64,000 bases of DNA from Octopus vulgaris (lineage: Eukaryota), in assembly GCA_951406725.2 (NCBI GenBank), contig OX597815.1:32550001-32614000 (forward strand). Reading direction: 5' to 3'. The translations under genes and the position numbers were made by a program. Shown here one piece after another: positions 38,272 to 49,230 of this stretch. How positions within the stretch are numbered: the stretch's first letter is position 1; each line of letters opens with the position of its first letter. Below the pieces are notes generated by a model, which saw only the letters and a program-made list of their open reading frames with translations, made no database searches and was not told the origin of the DNA.

Positions 38272-39419
38272 GTGAGTCCCTTATTTTTATAACAAAATTT
38301 TATAAAATGTTTTATGAAATTTTCTAAAAACAATTTGTAAAAAAATGCTATAGGCTTAATCAGAAGAGGAAAGGCAGTGCTCACTACCCTTTAGTATGCC
38401 CTCCAAGAGTATTTGGGAGAAAGGGAAGAAGAAACCCCAACACATCAATGTAGGAAGTAGAGTATCAAGATATTGAGTTATTTATTCACAGACTGGAACT
38501 CTGCTCCAAATCTATGCAGCAGTGAACTTTGCTAAAGATATACAAAGGCCAACTGGTTGGTGTTAAAATGGATGACAGATTAAGTTTATCTCATAAGAAT
38601 AGATACAGCCATTCTAACAAGCTTTCATGCAGTTTCAGTCTATTTAGTTTTATTACAAAAAAACAAAAGAAAGATTGATTCAAAGCTGTAATAGAAGATA
38701 CTTCCCCAAGAGTGCCATGCTCTGAAATTGAACCTGGAAGCACATGATTATGTGAACTTCTTAATCACAGTAGTCATCTTATGCAACTGGCCTCCATAAT
38801 CCTGTTATGTTTAAATGACAAGAGTTTCATCATCATCATCATACATCTGCTTTCCATGCTGGCATGGGTTGGACAAGTTGACTGGATCTAGTGAGTCACA
38901 GGGCTACATTGAGTCCCTGTGTCAGCCTTGGTTTGGTTTCTATTGTTAGAAGCCCTTCCTAATGCCAACCCCTTTACTGCGTGTACTGGGAGTTACTTTT
39001 GTGCAATCAGGTCTTGTGATGTTGCCAAGTAACTTGCAAGATAGGAAAAGAACATGAAAGCCCACCCAGTTATGGGTGGGGGATGGGTATTTGAAAACTG
39101 GGCTGTAGTTTTAAACCAGGTGTTGATAAAGTATGATAAAGGGACAAGTCCAGGTGCCTTTCTATAGTGATGATAGATGGCTACCCCACATTATATAAGG
39201 GTGAGTGGGAACAGTGTTACAAATAGAAAGGTTACTTTTACCTTAATAAATCTTTCGAGAATATATAATAATGGTGGACTCTTAATCTTGATGTTCTTGT
39301 TCACCTCTTGCCTATGAACTTTGACATTTCTGATAGGCTGCTCCACCATATTTAGTTTCCTCACAGCTGTTATTCTCTGAACTGCTAAATGTCAATAAAC
39401 ACTTATTAAAGTTAATGCC

Positions 39420-39879
39420 TTAACGCTTTGGCATTCAGGATTATTCAAATGTCAAAAATGTAAAGCTTATTTATTTACATTAATTTTAATTTATCATGCA
39501 TTATCTCATATCTTTCAAATTTTGATGTTGTGATTGTTTATTTTTAGAATGATATTGTAGGATGGGTGTGAGAGGCTGGATCTGGCCAGTTTGAACATAA
39601 AACTGGCAGTATATTTAGATTGGATGTAGCTAGTTTAAATGCTTAACCCTTTTGTTACTGTATTTATTTTGAGATGCTCTGTGTTTCTTTCAATTATTTT
39701 AAATATAACAAAGAATTTAGTAAAATAACTTAGTTATCATTAAGCTAGTATTAGGAATATAAATTGCGACTAAGGTTTGGTAGTATATTTTGATGCAAAA
39801 CTTATGAAAACAAGACATTTGTACTACAGAGCCAGAGCCGGTTTTAGCCAGGTTGGTAACGAAAGGGTTAAAGGGTTAA
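39420..39879. mobile_element. P1 MITE with a P2 MITE (39643-39871) nested in its right TIR
   Basis: 39420-39642 matches 34845-35060; doubled terminus AGGGTTAAAGGGTTAA. Confidence 0.85.
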
Positions 39880-41268
39880 CAAAAATATATCTGTGTCACT
39901 ACACTTTTAAGACATTTTTGTAACTTTATACTATATTAATACATTATATTTATATTGGTAGGATAAGCCTATTATTTTCTTTGTTATATTTGCTGCTTTT
40001 GCGAATTCCATGACTCTATGTCACCATCCAATTTCATTATTATGAATTTGAATTGGGAGCTTGAGTCACAGTGACTCTTTCATAAGCCAATTACACAACC
40101 ATGGGTGCCACCCCTATACATATGTTGCATTTACTCTCTTGATACAGTTTAGTGATCCTGACCATTGATCTTCTTGGATTCCTCTGCTCAGCATCAATGT
40201 AAGAAGCACTGTTGGCTCAGTTGAGCTCAATTGAGCTCTTCTGCTACCTCTTCACAATTGGCCATGCTGCAGTCCCATGACTTTGCTGTATCTCTGGTAG
40301 GGCAGCTGAACAGGTGCTTTACCTTGCCAAAGGACAGCCCATAACTATGCAGGGCAGTCATACCTCCTTGAGGTATCTTCAAAATACCCACATACCCAAA
40401 CCTATCATAATAGAAATTTTCAAAGTACCCTCACATTATTTCCCACACTTTCAGTTTTACTATTTTTTTGTTTATTAACACCAGTTTGTACCAATATTTC
40501 TAGTTTCTGCTTGATAGTACCAATTTGTATAATTATTTTTATTTTCAAGAGTTTGTGCCATTAAATTTATTTTTTCTCTTTGTTCGTAAGAACTATTTCT
40601 CTTTAACGGTAAATGCTTTTAGCTAGTAGGGAAATTTTCTTCCTTTCTGTTGTTAACATGCAAATATCCAACAGATTGGGAATATCTAATTTGAATACAA
40701 GATGCCAGGGAAAATGCTTAACAGCTTTTTGCCTGTCTTTATGTTCTGAGTTAAAAATTCCGTTGAGGCCAACTTTGCCTTTCATCCTTTCAGAGTCAAT
40801 AAGATAAGTACTAGCTGAGTACTGGGGTCGTTGTAATTGACGTATCCCATTCCCTGTACTTGATGGTCTTGTGCCAAAATTTGAAACCAATATCTTTTAT
40901 AAATATTTTAAAAATTTCTATTTTATATTTATTTCTTCTATACATTAGTAAAATGGAGTCAGTTGTTGTCGTTTATGATCATAACTATCTACCAACTTCC
41001 ACTGGCCTCAAGCGGTGGCAAAACAGAAAGCTGTTGTAACACTGGTTTTACATTCTATAGGAAATAGTTAAGTAAGCCAAATTGCTAAATTGAGTAATGA
41101 ATCTGAGCCACTGACTACCATTTACTCAGTGGCATAGACTGTCATACTTTACAATCTCCTTTACATAGCAGTACAAATTCTATATTTTTGTTAACTCATT
41201 CTGTTTTGTAATGATATTTGTTATTTATAAAATGTTCTATTTCGGTATTAAACATTAAATATTTTCAG

Positions 41269-41492
41269 GCACACTGGAAGAAAGAGGCTTCATCGCATGG
41301 CAAGAAATAACTGTAGATGAATCAAATGAAGAAAAGGCTGATTCATATGGACTACCATTTATTAATACAACCAATACGAAGTCTAAGATATTTCAGTACA
41401 TTCCATTTCTCCCTGGCTATGTATCTCCTACCTTAAGCTGTAGATCCCGTTGTTGCAAACACAAGAAAAATGTTGACATAAATATTGCTTAG
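41269..41492 (+). CDS. SLC23A: SLC23/NAT terminal coding exon: GTLEERGFIAWQEITVDESNEEKADSYGLPFINTTNTKSKIFQYIPFLPGYVSPTLSCRSRCCKHKKNVDINIA*
   Basis: ttttcAG acceptor; G..EERG...W, Y.LP and YIP..P motifs; TAG at 41490-41492. Confidence 0.96.
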
Positions 41493-41650
41493 TTAAATAA
41501 TGAATAACATCTGACATTGCTTGTTAAATCTAAACTGTGACTTTGTTGAGAAAATTTAAACATTTACTCAGGATGCAAGATTATTTATCTGTAATCTAAT
41601 TTAATATAAAATGTTATGCTGTAGGAATATATTTTAAAGGACATGCACAC

Positions 41651-41678
41651 ATTAAATGAGAATTTAACCCGAAATAAA
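41651..41678 (+). promoter_or_regulatory. candidate polyadenylation signals of the SLC23 gene
   Basis: ATTAAA 41651-41656 and AATAAA 41673-41678, about 160-190 nt after the stop; the AT-rich background makes chance matches likely. Confidence 0.35.
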
Positions 41679-41815
41679 TAGACAGAAAACTAGTAGTACT
41701 TTTGAAAACAAACAATTACTTAGTTGACGTAGTTAATCATGTACACATAATTGTATTCTAGGTTTATTTCAATCTTTTATCCTGAGTTCATAAGGGACAG
41801 ACGTAATTCTTAATG

Positions 41816-41816
<1 letters not shown>

Positions 41817-41890
<74 letters not shown>

Positions 41891-42190
41891 ATGTATATAT
41901 AAATAGATGAGTGTATTTTTCCCTTGTTAACAATTAATATGGAAAAAATAGATAAATAGTTACCAGGGTAGCAAAATTCCATTTACTTATTTATATATAT
42001 AATGTATAATAATAATAATAATAATTGTGTACAGTGCTCAGGTGCACTACAAACATGTATAACGTGTATACATGTGTATATATATCTAATGCATATACAT
42101 ATGTGTGTGTATATATATAATGTATTTATATATATGTATATATATGTATATATATATAATATATATGCATATGTGTATATATATGTATAT

Positions 42191-42225
<35 letters not shown>

Positions 42226-42278
42226 CACACATGCATATGCATATATATCTATGTGCATATGTATGTATACACACACAA
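41817..42278. repeat. compound (TA)/(CA)/(TG) microsatellite
   Basis: direct reading. Confidence 0.95.
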
Positions 42279-42774
42279 ACTCTGATGTACAAACAAAAGG
42301 TAAAAGTACTTGATAGAAGAAAAAGAACTAGAGTACATATTATAACCCTAGCATCATTCCTTAGTTTTAAATGGAAAGTTTACATCTTCTATGATCACTA
42401 ATAGCTTTTAATCAAATCTTTGCAGCCAGAATTTTCATTGACGAATTTTATTGGTTGCAAGAGTAAATTTTTTTTGGTTCAGGAACTGAAACTGTGATGA
42501 CGGTAGCTGTTACCAGAAAAAGGTTATGTGAAACTAGGAAGGTGAAAAAAAGTAAACAATATTCTCCAATGGTGCAAGGAGGGTAACTCTATAAAATTTA
42601 AGGACAATTTTTATTCTTCTCCATATTTACATTAATGCATTCACATCATGCTTTTATTTGCTTTAGTTATTGAATGGGAGCCATACTGGAGCACTGCCTT
42701 GAAGGGTTTAGTTGATCAAATCAATCCCTGTACTTAATCTATTACTTATTCTGTCAGCCTTTTTGCTGAACTGT

Positions 42775-43055
42775 TAAGTTATGGGGACATAAACAAACAA
42801 ACACCAGTTGACAGGTTGTGAGAAACAAACATAAATACAAAGATGTACACACCCACTTGTATACACACACATATACATATATTTATGTGTGTGTTTACAA
42901 CTTTGTATTTATGTTTGATGTACACACCCACATGTATACACACACACATAAATATATTTATATGTGTATGTATACAAGTGGGTGTGTACATCTTTGTATT
43001 TATGTTTGTTTCTCACGACCTGGCAACTGGTGTTTGTTTATGTCCCTATAACTTA
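42775..43055. repeat. long imperfect inverted repeat derived from a SINE-A segment
   Basis: arms of about 115 bp (aagttatggggacataaac... / ...gtttatgtccctataactt) around a rearranged centre. Confidence 0.9.
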
Positions 43056-43372
43056 TATATTATAGATTAATAAAATCGATTTGGTGAGACTGATGTGTCA
43101 TTTTATCAGTCCATGTCAGTCTGCTATAGTCATTACACCCCCTCCTCCTCCCCCCTCAATTAACTCTACAAAGATGTTAGCGTTCCAACAAACTTTCCTG
43201 ACAGGTAAACTTTTTACTCATGTTACCATGGTAACTGGACTAAAGGCTGAGAAGGGAGGGACGGGAAGTGTGTGCATGTGTATGTAAGTGTGTGTGTGTG
43301 TGTGTTTATGTAGGGTGAAGAAGGATGTCTATATCTATCTATCTATCTATCTATGTATATTGATAGTATAAC

Positions 43373-45345
43373 ATGGAAGAGGACAATACAGAGAGTATAT
43401 TCTATGGTATTAAATTTAAGAAATTCCTTCCAAAAATCAAAGGCCTGGAAGACTTCGAAGTGGATCTACTGAAACTCATGAACAAAATAAAATTTCGTAA
43501 GTCTTTTAACCCTTTCCAGCAGACACTGAAAAAAGATATCAATTACATAAAGAGTTCCAAAAAAATGGCATTTTTTTTCTGATAAAACCAAGAACTTGTA
43601 CCTAGTAGGAAACAGCACATATTCACGACTTTTACACAACTGCATCATCAATAATTACACCAAGGCTAGGGCACAAACCCATAATGAAATTGATAAAGAA
43701 TCTAGTGTTATTGCTGCCAGACTTAAATTAGATAAAAAAAAATAGTGGTCCTCCCCAAAAAAGAGGCCTTTATAACTATCAAAGACCATAAAAAGAACTT
43801 AGGCTCATTACCCCCAGCTAAATCAGAACTTGGCATTATTAGTAAAGAAATTTTAGGAAAAATCAATGCGAAAGTCAGAAATGCCACTAGGTTAGTACAG
43901 TGCTCCAATAGTATAGAAGTCGTTGACTGTTTTAAAGCCATTAAGTATAAGAATAAAACGAGATTCACGCAATTTGATATTGTCGATTTTTATGCCTCTA
44001 TCTCTGGATAAAGGAACTGCTACATAAAGCCCTCACCTTCGCAAGCGAATCCACAGAAATCAATACACAGGATAAGGACATAATCTTCCATGCGAGAAAG
44101 ACTTTACTCTTCAGCAAGAACGCAGAGTGTGTCAAGACTACCGATACAAAGGGTGATTTCGATGTGAGCATGGGGTCATATGATGGAGAAGGCATATGCG
44201 ATCTTGTTGGGCTATTCCTACTCGATACGTTGGGCAAGACTTTTCCTGACGTATACTTCGCCATTTACAAAGATGATGCCCTCACCTTAACCGCAAATAC
44301 AAATGGACCAGCACAGGATCAGTTGAGGAAGGACATTATCTATTTTATGAAAACTTTCAGTCTTAGCATAACTACAGACACCAACCTGACTGTTGTCAAT
44401 TTCCTAGATGTATCCTTAGATCTAAATATGAACATTTATAAGCCTTATAGGAAGCCCAACCATAGACTTAGTTATATTAATGTGGGTTCCTGTCATCCCC
44501 TCATAGTGTTTTAAAATTTAGTTAAAAACATTAGCAAAAGAATCTTTAGCCTCTCCTCCGATAGGGACATTTTTAATAGCGTTGCCCCAGTATATAATAA
44601 AGCTCTAAAAGATAGTGGATTTAGCGAGTAAATAACCTATACACCTGCCACCAGTCCAATAATAAAGAAGAGGAAACAGGAATAGAAAAGCTATCTGGTT
44701 CACTTCCCCTTCTCACCCGAAGTGACCTTCAATATAGGCAAGTATTTCTTAGCACTAATGGATATACATTTTCCAGTCAACCATTATTACAGAAAGCTGT
44801 TCAATAGACATAACTTAAAAATCAGTTTCAGATCAACTACTAATTTTAAAAATATAATCGCGCACAACACACAAAAAGCACAATACGAAACCAGCTGTTC
44901 ATGCAGGGATAAAAATTTGTATCCGCTAAATGGAGCTTGCATGTCCGAGACCATCATTTATGAAGCTACCATGGACTCTATATCCACTAAGGACACGGTT
45001 TTGACAAAGAAATACATGGGCCTTACAGAGGGTAATTTCAAGGCCAGGTTCAATAATCACACCTTGAGCTTCAGGCACTGGGATAAAAGGAAAACGACCA
45101 AATTATCCAGTTGTATATAGTCCTTAAAAGATAAAGGTGTCAGTTACAACATCCATCATTGGAAGATCTTAGCCAAATGTAAGCCCTACACCAACGGCAG
45201 TGGAAAGTGCGGTCTTTGTGATATTGAAAGATGGCTCATCTGGAAACGCAGCTTAGACCCCGCCACATGTCTGAATTCAAGAACTGAACTTTTCAGATCA
45301 TGTCCATATGTGGCTAAATATTTGTTACGTTTTTGGTCCCCCTGA
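43373..45345 (+). mobile_element. Penelope-like retroelement, RT plus C-terminal GIY-YIG endonuclease, pseudogenised
   Basis: QFDIVDFYASI, DVSMGSYDGEGICDLVG, IYKDD and NFLDVSLDL (RT); CSCR..PLNGAC..IIY..YMG.T..FKARFNNH..C.LC..E..LNSR.E (EN); several frameshifts and in-frame stops (44512, 44628, 45118). Confidence 0.92.
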
Positions 45346-45813
45346 GATTACAGATAGTACTTGCTTTCTATATTCTGTCCACATACAAGCTTTTTATCTC
45401 TCTATACTTTTTACGTATATTTCTTATATATTTTTTTTACATATTTATAGAGATATTGGTTTATGGTTTTATTGCTCATATATTTTCTTTACACATAATT
45501 TTTCTGTATTCTACTTCCCACCCTGCATTTTTCCTGTGCGTATATAGATGTGTATATGGAAATTTTTTGCACACACGTGTGGATGTGCGCAGGTATGTAC
45601 GTATATGGACGTGTGTGTGCGCGTGTATGTGCATATATAGACGTGTTTTACTGTTATTGCTTATTTTCTTACACTTTGTTTTACACATTTTTCTGCATTT
45701 TGTCTTTAGCCCTGTTTTTTCTTGTGCATGTGCATATATAGACGTGTGTATGAACCCATTTTTGTGCATGCGTGTGTGTGTGCGAGCGAGTATGCAGTAT
45801 GCGAGTGGTTATA

Positions 45814-45880
45814 GAGTGGCTAATGGTTTCACATCCATAAAGCGTTTAGCTTTATGGACGACTCATCAGACTAGTCGCCC
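45814..45880 (-). ncRNA. decayed hammerhead motif downstream of the Penelope-like ORF
   Basis: minus strand GGGCGACTAGT-CTGATGA-GT-[CGTCCATAAAGC taaac GCTTTATGGATG]-T-GAAA-CC-ATTAGCCACTC; 12-bp stem II; stem III and cleavage triplet incomplete. Confidence 0.6.
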
Positions 45881-45906
45881 ATACGGTTATATTTAGCTGC
45901 ATGTAA

Positions 45907-45939
<33 letters not shown>

Positions 45940-47879
45940 ATGGGCTTCTGCACAGTTTCTATCTATCACATTCATTCATAAGACATTTGGTTGATCCAAA
46001 GATATAGTAGAAGATACTTGTTCAAGGGGACTTTACCTAAAACCACATGGTTGCAAAGCGAACTTCTTAACCACATAGTATATTTGTTTGTTGTTTATTC
46101 AATTATGATTCTTGAGTTTTATAGATGCAGCCTGCCTTGCTCCTATAAGTTTATTCTTTGTAGCTCTCTGGGTTCACACAATGTTTTTCTTGCTTCACAG
46201 CTACATAAAGTTTCTGTTCGTTATTAGATACTTTTATTCTTCCAATCAATAAAATAAATTTGATCTTGAAAATACACAGATACAAGCAAAAGCTGAGTCA
46301 TTTTCCAAGCTGTGTAATCATCAAAAACATATGGTACAGCCAAAGAATAATTACAGTTTAATGTATATATAATATATATATATAGAAAGAGAGAGACAGA
46401 CAGACACACACACACACACACACACACAACCTACTAATAATTTCATGCTTTAAGATTTAAAGCATGAAGCTATTTGTAGCTCTTTTATAATTACATATGT
46501 TCATTCAGTGATTCATTATTTATATGCTTATTAACAGACTGTATTTATAATTTCCCCATACACACATATCAAACAGTATCGATTATTTTTGCATTAATAA
46601 GAGTATCCATGTTTATGAGTGTGAATATAAGTTAATGAGTGTGAATATAAGTTAATGAGTCTATCATATACTTGTATCAACTACTTTTAAATGTTACTCC
46701 TCCTACAGGTTGTTTAAAATCTTTACAATAAATATTTGGCTGAACATGATCAACATGTGTGGTATCAGCCCTAATGCCAGGTGTTGTGTTTAGGTGCTAG
46801 ACAAACCTCAGATCAGCAGACTGAAAATTGCTGGTAGTCATCCACTCGACATGGTGTGACTTTGTTCCTGACACACTATCTCTTTGCTTAGCTGAGAAAC
46901 ATACTGTACATCCTGCTGTGCAGTGATGCATTGCATATCATGAAATGTTGCACTCTGCTATTCCATTTCTGTATGCCTATAGATTTTGTTTGTGGCTACA
47001 GCAAAGACAGGTAACATGGACTTAGTCAGAGCATGACAGCTGTTGTTCCTTTACACCTAGCATTGGTTGTGTACATCTCTGGTGCAGTATTTTAGGGCAA
47101 ATGAAGCTATTAGTACTGCAGCTATTTTTATGTGTATGTTTGTCTGTGCTGAGTGAATGAGTTCCTTTTTAAGGTTGTGTTGAAGAAGTGTTTAGAAGTG
47201 TCACTTAATAATGTGTCTGTTTTTGTGCATTGGTTATGGATATAGTAGTAGTATTTTGCATTTTCTGATTGGTCTTGCATGAGAATATGGTTGCTCACCA
47301 CACCCATATATGTTTGTGTGAGTGCGAGTTTTCCATTATTATAAAACTTAAATGCAACATTCCAAATTTTTGTCACAGTAGATGTTTTTTAATGATATAT
47401 TGATGGATTAGGTATACTAGTGTTTTTGGATATTATATTTGATAACATTTGATTATATTATTATTTATTTCACCATTGGTCTGAAGTATTACATTTCACC
47501 CATCACATGTCAATAATATATATTTCATGGGTTATCATAAGATGTGAGTCTTTTTGTTACCATATTTCTGAGGAAATCTATCATCTTTATTTCAATTAAT
47601 TTTGAAATTAGTAAAGAATTTTGTAAACTATCTTTGTCATTGTTAAGCTGGTCTTTGAAATATCAAGTAACATGAAATTTTGATGTAAGGTTTTGATTTA
47701 GATCAATTTAATCGGGAAGCCTCCCGTAAGTCGGTGGCAAGTGGGTTAAAAGAACAAATGCTTATAAAATCAGCAAAATGCACTCCTGTACTTCTCTCTC
47801 TTCTTATTTTTTTATCTCTTCACTATCTATCTACCTATCTATCCATCCATCCATTTATCCATCCATCCATCCATCCATC

Positions 47880-48760
47880 CGTGGTCTGATCAATAAGTAT
47901 CCCGACTGTTGCCGTAGTAATGAAGCTAAAGCATGCTGAGTAAAGTTATTTAGCACAGTTTGACCTTAAACTCTTATGTGCATGCACACTAAGTTTCACA
48001 TTCTAGCTTACCTCTGCTGTTTACAGCAGTGCTTGGAAGGAAGGTGTGTAGCATGTGATCATTGCATTGACCATGATAGAGAAAGTTGAGCAGAGAATCT
48101 GTGTCAAATTTTGCCAAAAGCTTGGTGATACCTGCTCAGAGGCCTATGCAAAGTTTTCAAAAAGCTCTCATCATTCTCAATACAATCAAGGAGATCTTGT
48201 GCAACAGAAACCCAAGTGTCTTTTTGGTCAGCTGAAATCAGTTTTGGGACAAATTTGGCAGACATGCACCTCATACCCAAATCTTCAGTGATAATGGACT
48301 GAACTGAGCCATAAGTAATCTGCACATCCTCTGATAACTCATGGATGGGGATTCAATGATTTCCCCTCACAGCTGCGATGTTTTTCTCAGTTCTGCTGGT
48401 TCTGGGTCTCCCAGAACATTCATCAATATCAACATTTTTTGACCATCTTGGGAATGTCTGAACCACTCGTACATTAGTGTGTGGCTCATACACTCCTCTC
48501 CATACACTCTCTGCATCTTTGTCTAGGCCTCTGACCTAGTACCGCCATGACAACTTTCTCTGTCATGGTCAATGCGATGATCACATGCTACACACCTTCC
48601 TTCCATGCACTGCTGTAAACAGCAGAAGTAAGCTGGAATGTTAAGACTTAGTGCACATGCCCAGCAGAGTTCAAGGTCAATCTTTGCCCAGCAGCTTCAC
48701 TCTGTGTGCTTTAGCTTCATTACTATGGCAACAGTCCAGTTACATATTGATCAGAACTCG
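47880..48760. mobile_element. fold-back mariner derivative made of two converging 5' ends
   Basis: about 200-bp inverted arms; + strand MIEKVEQRICVKFCQKLG, - strand SGRPRTSRT..LGMR..SAKFVPKLI..QK; TA at the right end. Confidence 0.85.
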
Positions 48761-48765
48761 TATAT

Positions 48766-49230
48766 AGGCACAGATGTGGCTGTGTGATAAGAAGCATGCT
48801 TCTAACTACATGGTTGTGGGTTCAGTCTCAATTCACCTTGGGCAAGTGTCTTCTACTATAGCCTCAGTGAGAGTATAAAAGAATAAAAGAAAATATATAT
48901 ATATCAAGTAAAAAAAAAACATCCTCAGTAAACAACATATGTATCCACAAAAAGCCTTATGAGTAGATTTGGTTGATGGAAACTGAAAGAAGCTTTTCAT
49001 GTGTGTGTATGTGCATGTGTCTGTAGTTGCTGTCCCCCGACCATCACTTAACAACTGATATTGGTGTGTTTATATCCCTATAATTTAGCAGTTTGGCAAA
49101 AGAGACTGATAGAATAAGTATTAGGCTTACAAAGAATAAGTCCTGGGGTTGATTTGTTTGACTAACCCTTTAAGGTGGTGCTCCATCATGGCCGTGGTCA
49201 AATGGCTGAAACAAGTGATAGTATAAAAGA
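48766..49230 (+). mobile_element. tRNA-derived SINE family A with internal insertion
   Basis: same family; extra segment at about 48866-48950. Confidence 0.85.

Noticed and set aside
43373-45345. Selenocysteine-type read-through in the Penelope-like ORF
   Set aside because: The internal stops are TAA/TAG, not TGA at Cys positions, and frameshifts are present; domain order is not Naiad-type
46442-46468. 12-bp perfect hairpin; also short tandem duplications near 46615-46660 and 49257-49297
   Set aside because: Small AT-rich slippage or template-switch products with no further support
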